Shown: positions 37,512 through 49,733 of the stretch, piece after piece
Position numbering within the stretch: the first letter of the stretch is position 1
Layout of the letters: each line of letters opens with the position of its first letter
Assembly (NCBI GenBank): GCA_051362555.1
Contig: CM120643.1
Coordinates: 27,098,848 to 27,162,847, forward strand
Source: Lingula anatina
Taxonomy: Eukaryota > Animalia > Brachiopoda
Reading direction: 5' to 3'
DNA: 64,000 nucleotides
Made by a program: the position numbers and the translations under genes
Notes under the pieces: model-generated
Database searches by the model: none
Told to the model about the DNA's origin: nothing
Seen by the model: the letters and a program-made list of their open reading frames with translations, nothing else

Positions 37512-38371
37512 GAAGTGCCCTTCCACATTCAAAATAGTATGTAGCCACGTTTCATGTTCCTAGCATAAAATACGATGTAAAAATTAGAATAGACCACCCC
37601 CAGGGTCGACCACACCCCAAGTCACAATTGAATTCCGAAGAGCCTTTGCAAATCCCTATAATGATAGGTTTATTAATCCCCGACGTATCAAGTTCCTAAC
37701 TATGATGGTTTAGGATGTAACAATGTTAAATAGATTATGCATGTATATAATAAATTGTCCACCACAGGGAAAGCTTGACCAATGTAAGCGTACCTAGCCG
37801 AGACAACCCCGTCCCCATTCCAATTCTACCTCTATAGAAATTCACACTAGCTTCCCTGACCTATATGCATATGGCTGGAAATCCATTTAGTTCTGTATGT
37901 GCTTCTGCTGTTCTCTACATTTCTCAAGGACCCATGCACATTCATTAAAATGACTGGTTCATCAATCTCCGTTTCATGTTCCTTAAAATTTAAGGGTATA
38001 GATGGCAGAAATAAAGTTGTGAAAAATAGAATCAACCACCCCCCGGGATAGCCACACCTGAAATATCATACTAACATTCCCGGAAACCTATGCATATCCT
38101 CAATGGTAAGCTTATCAGCCCGGAAGGTTTCATGTTCCCAACTGTAATGGCGTAAGGGTAGAAGCACGAATAACGATGTAAAATTTAAAATAAACCTCCC
38201 CAGGGGCGGCCACACCCAATGTCACAAAAACACAGAAAGACCCATACACATCCCCAAAGACAGATTTTTCAATCCCCATAGCCTTACGTTCCCAGCTTTA
38301 TTGGTCTAAGGATAGATATAGCAGGAATAACAATGTCAATTAGACTCAACCGCCCCCAGGACCCCCCCCCC

Positions 38372-38410
<39 letters not shown>

Positions 38411-39633
38411 GAAGTGCCCTTCCACATTCAAAATAGTATGTAGCCACGTTTCATGTTCCTAGCATAAAATACGATGTAAAAATTAGAATAGACCACCCCC
38501 AGGGTCGACCACACCCCAAGTCACAATTGAATTCCGAAGAGCCTTTGCAAATCCCTATAATGATAGGTTTATTAATCCCCGACGTATCAAGTTCCTAACT
38601 ATGATGGTTTAGGATGTAACAATGTTAAATAGATTATGCATGTATATAATAAATTGTCCACCACAGGGAAAGCTTGACCAATGTAAGCGTACCTAGCCGA
38701 GACAACCCCGTCCCCATTCCAATTCTACCTCTATAGAAATTCACACTAGCTATTTATTGACTAAGAAAAAATTCTGGTTGCAAAATGCGTTCCGGTTGAA
38801 AAATTCGTTTTTACGATTTTCTTTGGTTGCAAAATGCGTTGCAGTTGCAAAATGCGGCTCTACACCAGTTTTATGAATCCCCAGTATTTCATTCTCCCCA
38901 ACATCTATCTGGACAGTTGACCGTTTCAAATGATTCAGATTTCAGACTTTCCGACCTAAGCGTTTTCATTAAGTATATATATATGTAGGCCAGGAGGTCA
39001 ATCTTTTTAAACGACCGAGATATTTTCGAAACATTTATGTTGCATATCAACAGAAAAGCCTATTTTTACAGCTTGTTATTGCAAGTCATAACATTTATGT
39101 CATAGTTACAAAAGATACTTCTATAACACGAATAATGGAATAGACGGTTTGTTAAAGATATTAATGTACACTTAGTGTGGAGCAAAATTAAAACTCTCTG
39201 CCTAGTAGAGTTCTCTACCTACAGTGGAAAGGCATACATTCTTGCTACTGTGTACTAGCCACATCTATAAACCTGCGCTGTCAATCAAACCACACATGGT
39301 CAGTTTTATGCCCTAGTTTAAAGGCAGGCAATGTGTTTATTTATACACTTCGTTTGTCTTATACATCTAGTGCCTTAGACCCATCATGATTCAACGTCCA
39401 AATATTGTCAGTTTTTAATAGTCCCGAAATCTCAAAATCTCAAAACTAAATGGGTAAAACAAAAAACTAGCTTTATGCTTTCCGTCACTGGACCGGAGCT
39501 CTTGAAATAAAGTACATTATTTATAGAAGTTAATCTCACGGGTATCTACGAGAACATCTGAAAATAACAGCTTCATTAAACTCCAACGAGATAAAATACG
39601 CACTATCATGTGAGTGAGTATTGTTATCCCCCC

Positions 39634-39664
<31 letters not shown>

Positions 39665-39913
39665 ACACCCCATTTCAAATACACGCGTCACTCTGGAAAT
39701 CATGGTCAAGAATGAAACATCATATCGACCTTTACGCCTAATTTCCACATCCAACCAGAACTGAAACATGTTTGGATACAATGTACCATGAAGTGGTAAT
39801 ATACTACGAAGTCTCCTAAGGGTCCTTATTTTTTAACCAATGAAGTCGCCTTCTATCATGAAGTAGTAATGCTTATCCTATGAAGTGGTAATATACCATG
39901 AAGTATCTTAACA
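35075..39913. mobile_element. 4.84-kb non-autonomous DNA transposon, TGT...ACA termini, 41-bp TIR, 6-bp TSD
   Basis: TIRs 35075-35115 and 39873-39913 match at 40/41. CACGTA at 35069-35074 and 39914-39919. 5-6 ACTTCATGG-like motifs at each end. Confidence 0.85.
36957..38750 (+). repeat. Near-identical tandem duplication (895 + 899 bp)
   Basis: 36957-37851 and 37852-38750 appear to differ only in the lengths of the C and A homopolymers. Confidence 0.95.
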
Positions 39914-40336
39914 CACGTACGTGCAGTTACAAGTACTTGTGCTAGCACAATATAGTGGAACAAAGAAACAAAATTAAACAATGCATGTTGTTGAATAAAT
40001 AAAGATTTTGAAATTAAAAAAAGAAACTAATTCACAGAACAATACATTTTACCTGTCTGGAAATTAAAGCGAGCGTTTCTAATTTTACGATAAACTGACG
40101 CCCTAATAATACCCATTAATAAGCTGGCGTCAATGAAGCAGCGCTTTCGGACTGTGACACATGGGGTGTTAAGGCGTCTCTGAGAGACAGAACTAAATAT
40201 CATACCGCACAATCACGTCAGCATTAAGGTTTTCAAGGGCTGTTAGATTGTGTCTAGTTTTATTGACTTGGAATTAAGTTTTTCGTATACTAAGTATACA
40301 CTTGTAAACGTGTATCGTGTGTGTGTATGTGTGTGC

Positions 40337-40372
<36 letters not shown>

Positions 40373-40675
40373 CAATATTGCACTTCTTTTTGTAATTCCC
40401 TCGTAATTTAGGCAGTTTACACCATAACTGGAGATATCACAGTTATTTTCTGTGCGGTATATATAAAAATGGTTTAACTTTCGACCTTGTTTACTTGGTT
40501 ATGCACTAGATCTCTTTGTAGGATGATGATATGCAATGTAGACAATGTACACGTAAACATATGGATTTAACCGTTCGTTTAAATAACGTTGTGTTCATTT
40601 TTTCAATAATTCTGATGTTAAGCAATATAGACAATATTTTACAAAGTCGCTGAATATATCTTATTTTAATTTCAG

Positions 40676-41031
40676 CCACAACAGAACCAACCACGGTCGC
40701 CACTACAACAGAGCCATCAACTGCAGAACCAACGACCTTGACCTTAGAGGTGACCTCTTCCGCCACATCAGATACATCAGATAGTGACACAGAAACCTCA
40801 AAAAACACCACTGAGCAGCCGGGGAATACTTCCACAGTGATACCTGACCAAGACAAAGAAGTCACACTTGTAATAACTGGTGAGAATTCTACAGGCGCCG
40901 AGGTGAAGCTGACAACAAAGTTTCAGGTCAACATCTTAAATGCTAGAGGCACGGCCACATTGGGGCGCTGTCTCAGCCTTAATCTCTTCATCTTGTCACT
41001 GGTTTTCAGTCTGTTCCTATGGCATTCCTAG
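40676..41031 (+). CDS. Terminal coding exon: Ser/Thr-rich mucin-like stalk plus hydrophobic tail; probable alternative last exon of chitin-binding protein 1
   Basis: TTTCAG acceptor in phase 1; TTEPTTVATTTEPSTAEPTT...LSLNLFILSLVFSLFLWHS stop; AATAAA at 41698. Confidence 0.78.
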
Positions 41032-42187
41032 AGGATGGTCCACTGCCTTTACCAGGAGTTGAACCCGGATATCGAGACGAGTGGGAACTAAAAAAAACTG
41101 ATCCACTATTTCTGTAAATCACTTGATTCTAGCTATGAAGTCTGCATCACCAGTAGTAAAGTAGAAGACGATGGCAGTGTTGATGTTTACTTGTATGCAG
41201 TCTTAACAGGGTAGCTGTTCTACTACTCGAACCTACATTATGTTATCATCATATTGAGGAAGTCTTGTCGCATACCTTTTGAAATACACTCACCTTATTC
41301 AAGATTAAAGAGAATGTGTTATGACGAAGCTTCTAAGAGGTACCAGTATTGATAGAGAACAAAAGTTTATAATCCTGATGTGAAAAAAACACTATGCAAC
41401 AATATGATGTGGTTTTTCGGAGGGATACTTCGTATATATGTGGCGTTCTGTATATTTATTTATTCCATTCATATCCATTGTAGGTACTTACTTCGATTTA
41501 GATTTCTGTATATTTTCCCCAGTAACCATCGTGTTTGAAACGTTTTGTCCCAAACACTCCTAACGCATCAGCACCAGTGCGTGGTCGCAACTAAAATATT
41601 CTACGAATTAAAGGGGAAATGATTGTTTTCCTCTGGCTCATCTACCACAGCTGTGAGTTTCTGATTTGTTGTTCCTGATTAACGATGTCCAGCTGTAAAT
41701 AAATTTGAAAAGCTTGAATACACATTGAGTTTATTTCGTGTACTGGTCACGCCTATCTACTTGTACTTAAAGTGAAAGAATGGCAAACAAATCTTCAAGT
41801 ATATAATGATGTCTACACGTTAATAACGGTCTTTTTGTATTTAAGTCACATTTCATAGCTTTTTGAGTACTGTTTGCCATTATATATATATCTATGGTGA
41901 TGTCAGATAAGTGTGGCCCACTTTGGTCATGCCAACTCTAACTTGTATGACTCTAAAGGAGGAGGTTGGATTCTGTGACACGGACCCCCAGTTTCTTCAG
42001 AATACATGGGACACGTATGGAAACGTGTGTCCTCTCAAGTAAACCCTAGACCGGCATCTAAAGAACACACACACAAAAAAAAAAAACAAACAATCATTTA
42101 AGTGGATTGTTTCTGATTTATCTTTAGTATGAGTAAACCCAAGACTGGTCTTTAACTTATGATCAACTTTCACTCTAAAGCCCCTTT

Positions 42188-42288
42188 CCAGCAAACGCAA
42201 AACGTTATTATAGCGTTACCTTAACATTAAAAAAAAACATTATGGTAACGTTATGATAACGTTATAAAACATTCTGTGTTTGCTGGGT
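42188..42288. mobile_element. Short hairpin MITE
   Basis: CCAGCAAACGCAAAACGTTAT...ATAAAACATTCTGTGTTTGCTGG inverted ends. Confidence 0.65.
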
Positions 42289-44390
42289 TTATGTAACCCT
42301 CCCGAGATATCAGTTCCTGTGTACTTGTAGCACGCGGAGCACGTGAAGCTCAGCAGTTGTAAGAGAGGAATGTTCAAGTCACCGTGTCACGGGCCGTGTA
42401 GCAGTCTACTTAATGTCTCTTCTTCCTCTCTTGTCTATTGTCTCTATCTGGGCAACCATCACTGCGTCGCATGCTCCCGTGAATTAAGCCCAAGTTGAGC
42501 GTTCCATAACTTGTCTGCAAACCTCCCGACGCTCAGTCAGCGCGTGTTCCTCCGTGGCTAATCTTGTGGCACACAGGTGAGCGTGATTTTACTCTTTTTA
42601 ACAACACAGATTTACTAAAGATGACATAATGGTACTGGAAGTATACTGAAAAAAGTAGTGGGTTAAGTTTCTTGAAGATCAGATTAAGAAAATTTTTGCG
42701 GTTTCACCGCGAGACTAGAGCGACGGGTAAACGCCCAGTCGAACGCTGTAAGGTACAACTTTACACTTATATGTCGTAGAAATAACAGCAGGTATTTGAA
42801 TAATAAGCATTTTCTTTATCGTCTTGTTTTGATTTTGCTAACAGGAAATGCAAAAACACAAGTAGCTTTAGTAATATGATTTAAGGAATATGATATGATG
42901 TGAGGAAAATATTTAAAAATGCCGAATATTTCAAAGCAGCCTAAGAGGTAGAACTTTTTAATCGCATCATCAACGTGTGTCATATTATACACATATGTCA
43001 CCAATGTGGATACAAATTCTAACCTCAACTAACACCATATAAAATGTGAAGCACGTATTTAATGTAACACGCCAAAAAGTTTTTTTTAATGTCTTTCTGG
43101 CTCTTCTCGATCCTGGTGGTGTAGAATGGTCTGACGACAAGTAGAACCAGAGGCCAGTGACAGAACAAAATGTGCAGAATTGTACCGACCTGGTAAAAAC
43201 ATTCACTGGCCTTCATCGTGAGACCGGTGTAAACGTCGCTACATGAAAGTGTAAAAAGTGCACAATCATCTCAGTAGTTGAGGAGAAGTGTTAAGTACCT
43301 CGCACCGGGCGACTTTAATGACCAACGCATTTATCAGACATTTTGTCTTAAATTTTTTCATTTGGAAAAATGCTTTTATAAATCCTGACACGTTTTAGAA
43401 TGCATAGGCTCGTGTGGTTGATGATAAACAACGATTTTTACGCATTACTCATCTGCGTAGAACAAGTTTAAGTATAACCCTGAAACAGATACCCTTTGTT
43501 CAAAACAACAAACGTATAAGCATAAGAAGCGAACATTTTCTGCCGAGTCAAGTCGTCGCACATAGTCATGATGAGATTAAATCAGACGCGTGCAAATGGC
43601 GTAGCCATTAATATTCAGGTGTTATATCTGATCGCGTAGGTGCTACCGGCTCGGGATAATATGTAGCTCCTCCGCCGTATCTGCATATCTAACTTGAAAC
43701 GAACACGTTTCTTATGCGCTTTAGATATGAGAGACTCCCCTGTGATTTTTATCCCCACCCTATAACCTTGACCCTGTGGCCTCGATCCCATGGCCTTGAC
43801 CCCGTGACCTCGATCCTCCCTGAAAAGGACTCTCGCAGGTGGTCGCGGCGTTAAGAAATTTCGCGCTCCATTAGATACATACAGTTAAGGGTTAAGCTAG
43901 GTCGGGATTTACAGCTGAGAAGCCAACTGTGTTCCGATCATGTTTCTGTATAGTTCCCATGCAAAAAAAGCACAGTAAAACATATCCAATAATTCCATGC
44001 ACACCAGGGTGGGTGGGTGTTGCAGAAGTTTTCTCTGGAGAAGTCACTGACAACATGATATCTGCACCAGGTCTTCACTGCTAAGAACTTGTGTGATACC
44101 CTCGAGTGACTTCAGGTCCACTTCTTGTCTGCAGGAAAACAAATGCAGATATCCCCGGCGATTAATTATCTGATACATTGCACTGACGAGAGGAATTAAT
44201 GAACGCTCCCATCCAGTAGGTCCACTGAAGACAAGTCTAAAACAACGGGTCACTTTCATATACGAATTTAAAACATAAAATTGGGCATAATTTTAAGACC
44301 AAACATTCTGTCTAATTCAGTTCAACATAAAGCATCTGTAGTCTGTTTTAATAGACTGACACAGATGTATTTTGATTCGTGTGCCATGTG

Positions 44391-44436
<46 letters not shown>

Positions 44437-45232
44437 AAACAGGCACAATGCCAAATTCAATTGGATGCCGTATTATTTACCTAGTGTCAAAGTTAACAAA
44501 ACATTTGGTCTATGAGTTTATACCAAATTAGCTAGACTTATACTGTGACACGGCTCCAGAGTTACATTTTCCAACTTCTGAGTTCTGTTTGAATGAATTT
44601 TAATGTATAATGATAAGCGAGAATTACTGTAGGAAGTACGGACAATGGACTTTTCTTAAAACGTATTATATTATAGAAGATAATTAATTCATCTGAAATG
44701 ACAGAACATTTATCTAGTCAGACTCGGAGACTAGTGAACGGATGGACACTCAGCATTCAGCTTCTTTGTCGCGAAATTCCGTATAAATCAGTCTTAATCA
44801 CGGTTCACACTAGATCAAAAGAGAACTGACAGTCTGCTTTATCCCATTCTTTATATTTAACTAAAATTAAATTTCCAAAACATTTGCCCTTTTTATACTC
44901 GTTGGTTCTCTCAGAGTGAACGAACGAAACAGTTAACAGGAATAACAAATTTGTGAATCTTAAATGATAATTTTTCGACAATCAAAACTGAGAGCCAACG
45001 AAATTATTTTCACATTTGCCTTTTTACTTAGAGTGTATGATTACTGATTAATTATATGCCAAAGCTGACCTCTAGATATTTAAGAACAACTTTTGAATAG
45101 AAAAAGTTTGTCTTTTGAACCGGTCATTGTTGTACAAGAAAGTTTCTTTCTCTATCAAATTTTAAATCAACATGATGGCCATTAGCAGAAATTACAACAA
45201 AATAATCTACAGTATGGATGGGGGTACGAAGG

Positions 45233-45503
45233 CAGGGCCGTAGCCTGAGCAAAATGCCAGGGGGGGCAGTAAGCGGACACGAGGGGGCGAAGCCTCCGAC
45301 GGGGGAGGTTGTGGGAGGGGGTGTCCCCCTCCCACGATTGTTGAATGATTGTCTAGTGGCCATGAGTGCATTTTCTCACAGAATTGATACCAACTTTGCA
45401 ATTATTTTTTTACCTTTGCGATTATTATTTATTTATTTTTTTTGCACCTCAAATCCCAGGGGGGGCAGCTGCCCCCCCTGCCCCCCCGGAGGCTACGGCC
45501 CTG
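45233..45503 (+). mobile_element. MITE family C copy 1 (TIR CAGGGCCGTAGCCT, 5-bp TSD GAAGG)
   Basis: Perfect 14-bp TIR and TSD; a related inverted copy lies at 61227-61497. Confidence 0.9.
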
Positions 45504-47346
45504 GAAGGGGAAAGTGAAAAAGAAACCTCCGTATCTCAGCAGTTGGCACGTGTCCCCCAACTGTTGGGGGAGGGGGTGTAATCTCTTCCCTCTGTGGGAA
45601 CTGACTAATCATTAAGATAAACCTTGTGGAATCCCTGTAGAGACCAGGGTCTTGTCTGCATCCACTGAGATAAGTGATATGATGTGAGATAAGACAACAA
45701 TGCAGACACGTGTGAATGAAATGAAGCGATCCCGTCATCCTCGTGCCATTTACACGTAGTCTCCTACCTATTCATTTGTATGATATCTTGTATAAAGTAT
45801 ACAGTGAGCGTTGTGTATATATTTTACCTGGAAATGTCAGTATTCCCCCTATTACCAAAGTTACCCTATCCGAAAGCACCGAAAAAGAACGAAAATTAGG
45901 TTTTTTTTCGAATTCTAATTATCGTAATTCTATATACATTGGTCAGGGTATTTACTTAAAGCCTGAGAGTTGCAAGAAATTAGTTTTGCCTTATTAAAGG
46001 TATCTTTAATCTACCGATCATTGTAATCCCATGTTAATATATCTGTAGCCTCCGTGCGGTCTAATATCCTCAAATACACTAGAGTATTTTTTAACTTGTA
46101 CACCATACCTGTGTCCTGTCGTGATGTCACAGAGGACAAGGGGCTGACACGGCGTCCCAAATATGTGACGTTTAACCCTGAAACTTCACTGGTAAAATAT
46201 GAAGACAATTCCAGTGAACAGCAGGACGAGGAACAACACAGCATCTTCAAACGGCCGGCCTGCTCGTCCCCGACTTCAAGATGCTCGCTCGGACATTTTA
46301 TTTCTGAGCTACGTGCTACCCTGTAGTCTCGAAATAGGGATCTGATTTATGGCCATTGATAAATACATTTCTTATTTTATTACCAAAATGTAACGTTCAA
46401 TAAAATATCGAAAAAGTCATATTTTCAAACACGCCAGATTTCATTGATTGCTAGGAGAGTGAACGAATCTTAAAACATTAGACCAAGTCGCATTCATAAA
46501 TGAATTGCAAAGATGATAGTTCTCATTATGAAAAATAAAAAATGTGACCCCGCGAACTGACACGAGCAGTCGGCTTAAAATGTAAACCCGATGATCATCG
46601 TAAATTTTAACGAGCTTTAACGGACAGCGTTCACCCCGGAGACCCGTCTTTGCCTCATGTCAAACGCTAAGTTTCATAAAAGAACAATTCGTCTTGTTAT
46701 CTACCTTGATAACATAAATACTCTAACTCCGAGGTTGATTACACAGAGAATTGTCAAGTGTTCATTTATGCGTACACACTGTATGCCAAATAATAGACAA
46801 CTATCAGAGTTCTACCTGAGATTACCTTCACTGGCATATTGACAGTATACTGTGGCGTACTTAACTTGATCAACATCATGATAACATTAAGAATCCACGT
46901 GCCACTTCATATAGCCCAAGTGAGGGGAGAGACTTTCCCATTGTCTTGCACAGATTCACATCTCGTGCCGCTGCCCATAAAGACGCTGTTAACGACTCGG
47001 CGCACTTGAAATACGACAGTTAAAAAAGTGCCCACTTTGTTTAACCCCCGACTCCTAATAGATAGGGTCGCATCTGGTTTAACAAAAAGTTAATTGTCGA
47101 CTTGATCAGGTATTAACAATCTACTGCTGTGTTGGAATCCCCCGGCAAGGTATAATTAATGAAATACCTATGCATATGTATATATTTAAATACGTGTCTA
47201 TTATTCAGGGCCCGTACGGGGATTTCTTCCAGAGTAAGATCAGTAGGGAGTGTGGATTACACAGGGGAAGGACGTGCCCTCCACAGTGAACTTGAGTAGT
47301 ACACCATTATAAGCTTATTGCTTTCAATTATTTTCAGACAAGAAGG

Positions 47347-48678
47347 ATGGGTTGTCTTAAGTTTGCTCTCGCCGCCTTCGTGGTCACTGTGATCATTTCT
47401 GAAACCGGTAAGTGGGATATGTTTACACGATTTTTATTCTTGTGTTGAAAATCAGATCCCTTGTTTGCATGAAATACTAAAGCTTTGCAAAGAAAATTGC
47501 TCCAGTCATTCAACTTGTTAGTGTTTTCTTGGGATATAAAAAAAATCTAACATAACCCCGGGAAATCCATGATTAACAAGGATAGGCGGCATGTCTGTCT
47601 GGAAATGCCCGGACGAGACCACTCCCATCTGTCTACGTGAAGATCACGTCTTGTGAAATTAAGAGGCCGGTGTATCTCTCAATGTCTTTACATCTTACTC
47701 ATCACATTAATATTTGGCATGAGTTTAAACAATGCAAACACGAGCAGAAAGCGCGGGAGGGGCCTTTGAATCAGGACACGTATCATCACCGTTCATATCC
47801 CTATACGGAAAACGCACTTCAGTAGACGAAGTTTACCGCAGGAAATTTTTAGTCATGTTTACTTTTTCTGAATATAAACAATGCTATTAATTTTCGTAGA
47901 TCCAAAAATGTTGCCTACCGTATATCATGTAGAATGAGAAGAGATGGGATGGGCGTGGTTATTATATCGAGACGTTATCCCTATGATCAGATCTATCCAA
48001 GAGGGCATTAGTTAAACTTGAAATTATATGATTTGTTTTAAGTAACGTCAGCGTGATGTTTGTGATTTATGTCAGTTATATTTCGTACTAGCATCTTGGT
48101 TTAAGTTGTAGAAGAATAGGAGGAGCCTGGGGGAAAGCATCCTGTATCAAAATAACATTTTAGTCTACTGGTTCTCCAGGCCGCCTGGGGCGTGTTTGCA
48201 TTGTTTAAACTCATGCCAAAAGGAAGTGGTTAATAAATGAACAAATTTACAAAAATAAAAAAAGAAAGCACTGATATCTGCCGCAGTTTTACCCACATTT
48301 GATGCGCAGCATGGCCGACTGCAGATGTAATGGACCTGTCTATAAACTTCACGTGAAATAAAGATGCAAGTTCTCTTTTAATTTCAGTGGCTCAATTCAC
48401 ATGCAGGGGTTTCCCAGACGGCTTGTACGCCGATCCCAAAAACTGCACCAAATTCTACCAGTGTGACAGCGAAAAGCTGAAGTACTCCCTGACGTGTGCC
48501 CATAAGTCCCCCGAGGATTTCTTTGCCCGTGACGATGAGAAGTGCGTCCTTCCAGCCAACCACCTGTCGGAGTGCACAATGAAAGGAAAGAGACTTCCAT
48601 ATGGAGGTGAGATATCACGCACACTTATATTTAGTTGAATTAAATTTAAAAATTCGTTTCATGGGCAGTGTATATATA

Positions 48679-48770
<92 letters not shown>

Positions 48771-49421
48771 TAAACACCAAAAATTTGGTCCTAGATCTTT
48801 CAGTCCTACTGTGCATCTTCAGAGTTTATTGAGTTAATAATCACACATAGCGTTTTTTACTACATACATATATACATACCAGCAAATGTATACTATAGAA
48901 CACGCGACCTTGTAAACTTAGTATGCACAAAATCGACCTGAGTTCATTTTTCAAAATTCAAAAGTTTTACAAAATTGATGACTTGCTGGTGTCATTAGGA
49001 CAGGGAACACCTTGCATTAATAAATACAGTAGACCATCTTTTTTAATTTTACACAACAACAAAATTACGTTTATATAAAAACCAATTGGTACCACGAAAC
49101 GCAAACCACTGTCTTGTGAAAGTGACACAGAATGGGCCAATTTCCATGTTTACTTTGCCCCACATAAATGAGCATTTGTTTCAAAACGGGCACATTAGAT
49201 ATTTAATGTGATTCCGCCTGCACGCTAGCTGTCTCCGTACCCAGTACTCTCTGACCACAGAGGTCGCTAGTAGTATCTTACATACTGATGTACTATGCTA
49301 GAGACCTGCGTTATCACAGGGTGGGACTCCGCTCTACAGTATGCCGCCTCAGATACTCATACATACCTCGGCATATTTGTGACTAAGACATAAGTAAATT
49401 GGATGACCTTTGTTACCGGTA

Positions 49422-49467
<46 letters not shown>

Positions 49468-49702
49468 GTTGTTGTTGTTTAGGTGTGGTAATGTCTTAAA
49501 ATGTCAGCGTGGAAAGGAAAATCTGCCGGGGATAGCTCGTAAAAGAATTATTTTGATGCAAAACTACTCACGACAAACGTTTTCAACCAAAGTATTTTGC
49601 GTCAGTCACACACACACACACACATATATGTACCAATGCATCAGAGCTCTATTTATATATACACCAATGTATATCTAACAATATATATATATATATATAT
49701 AT

Positions 49703-49733
<31 letters not shown>

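Noticed and set aside
46054-46326. ORF with an RVxF-like motif (RRPKYVTF) and acidic stretch
   Set aside because: No in-frame ATG or convincing splice sites, and no recognisable domain.
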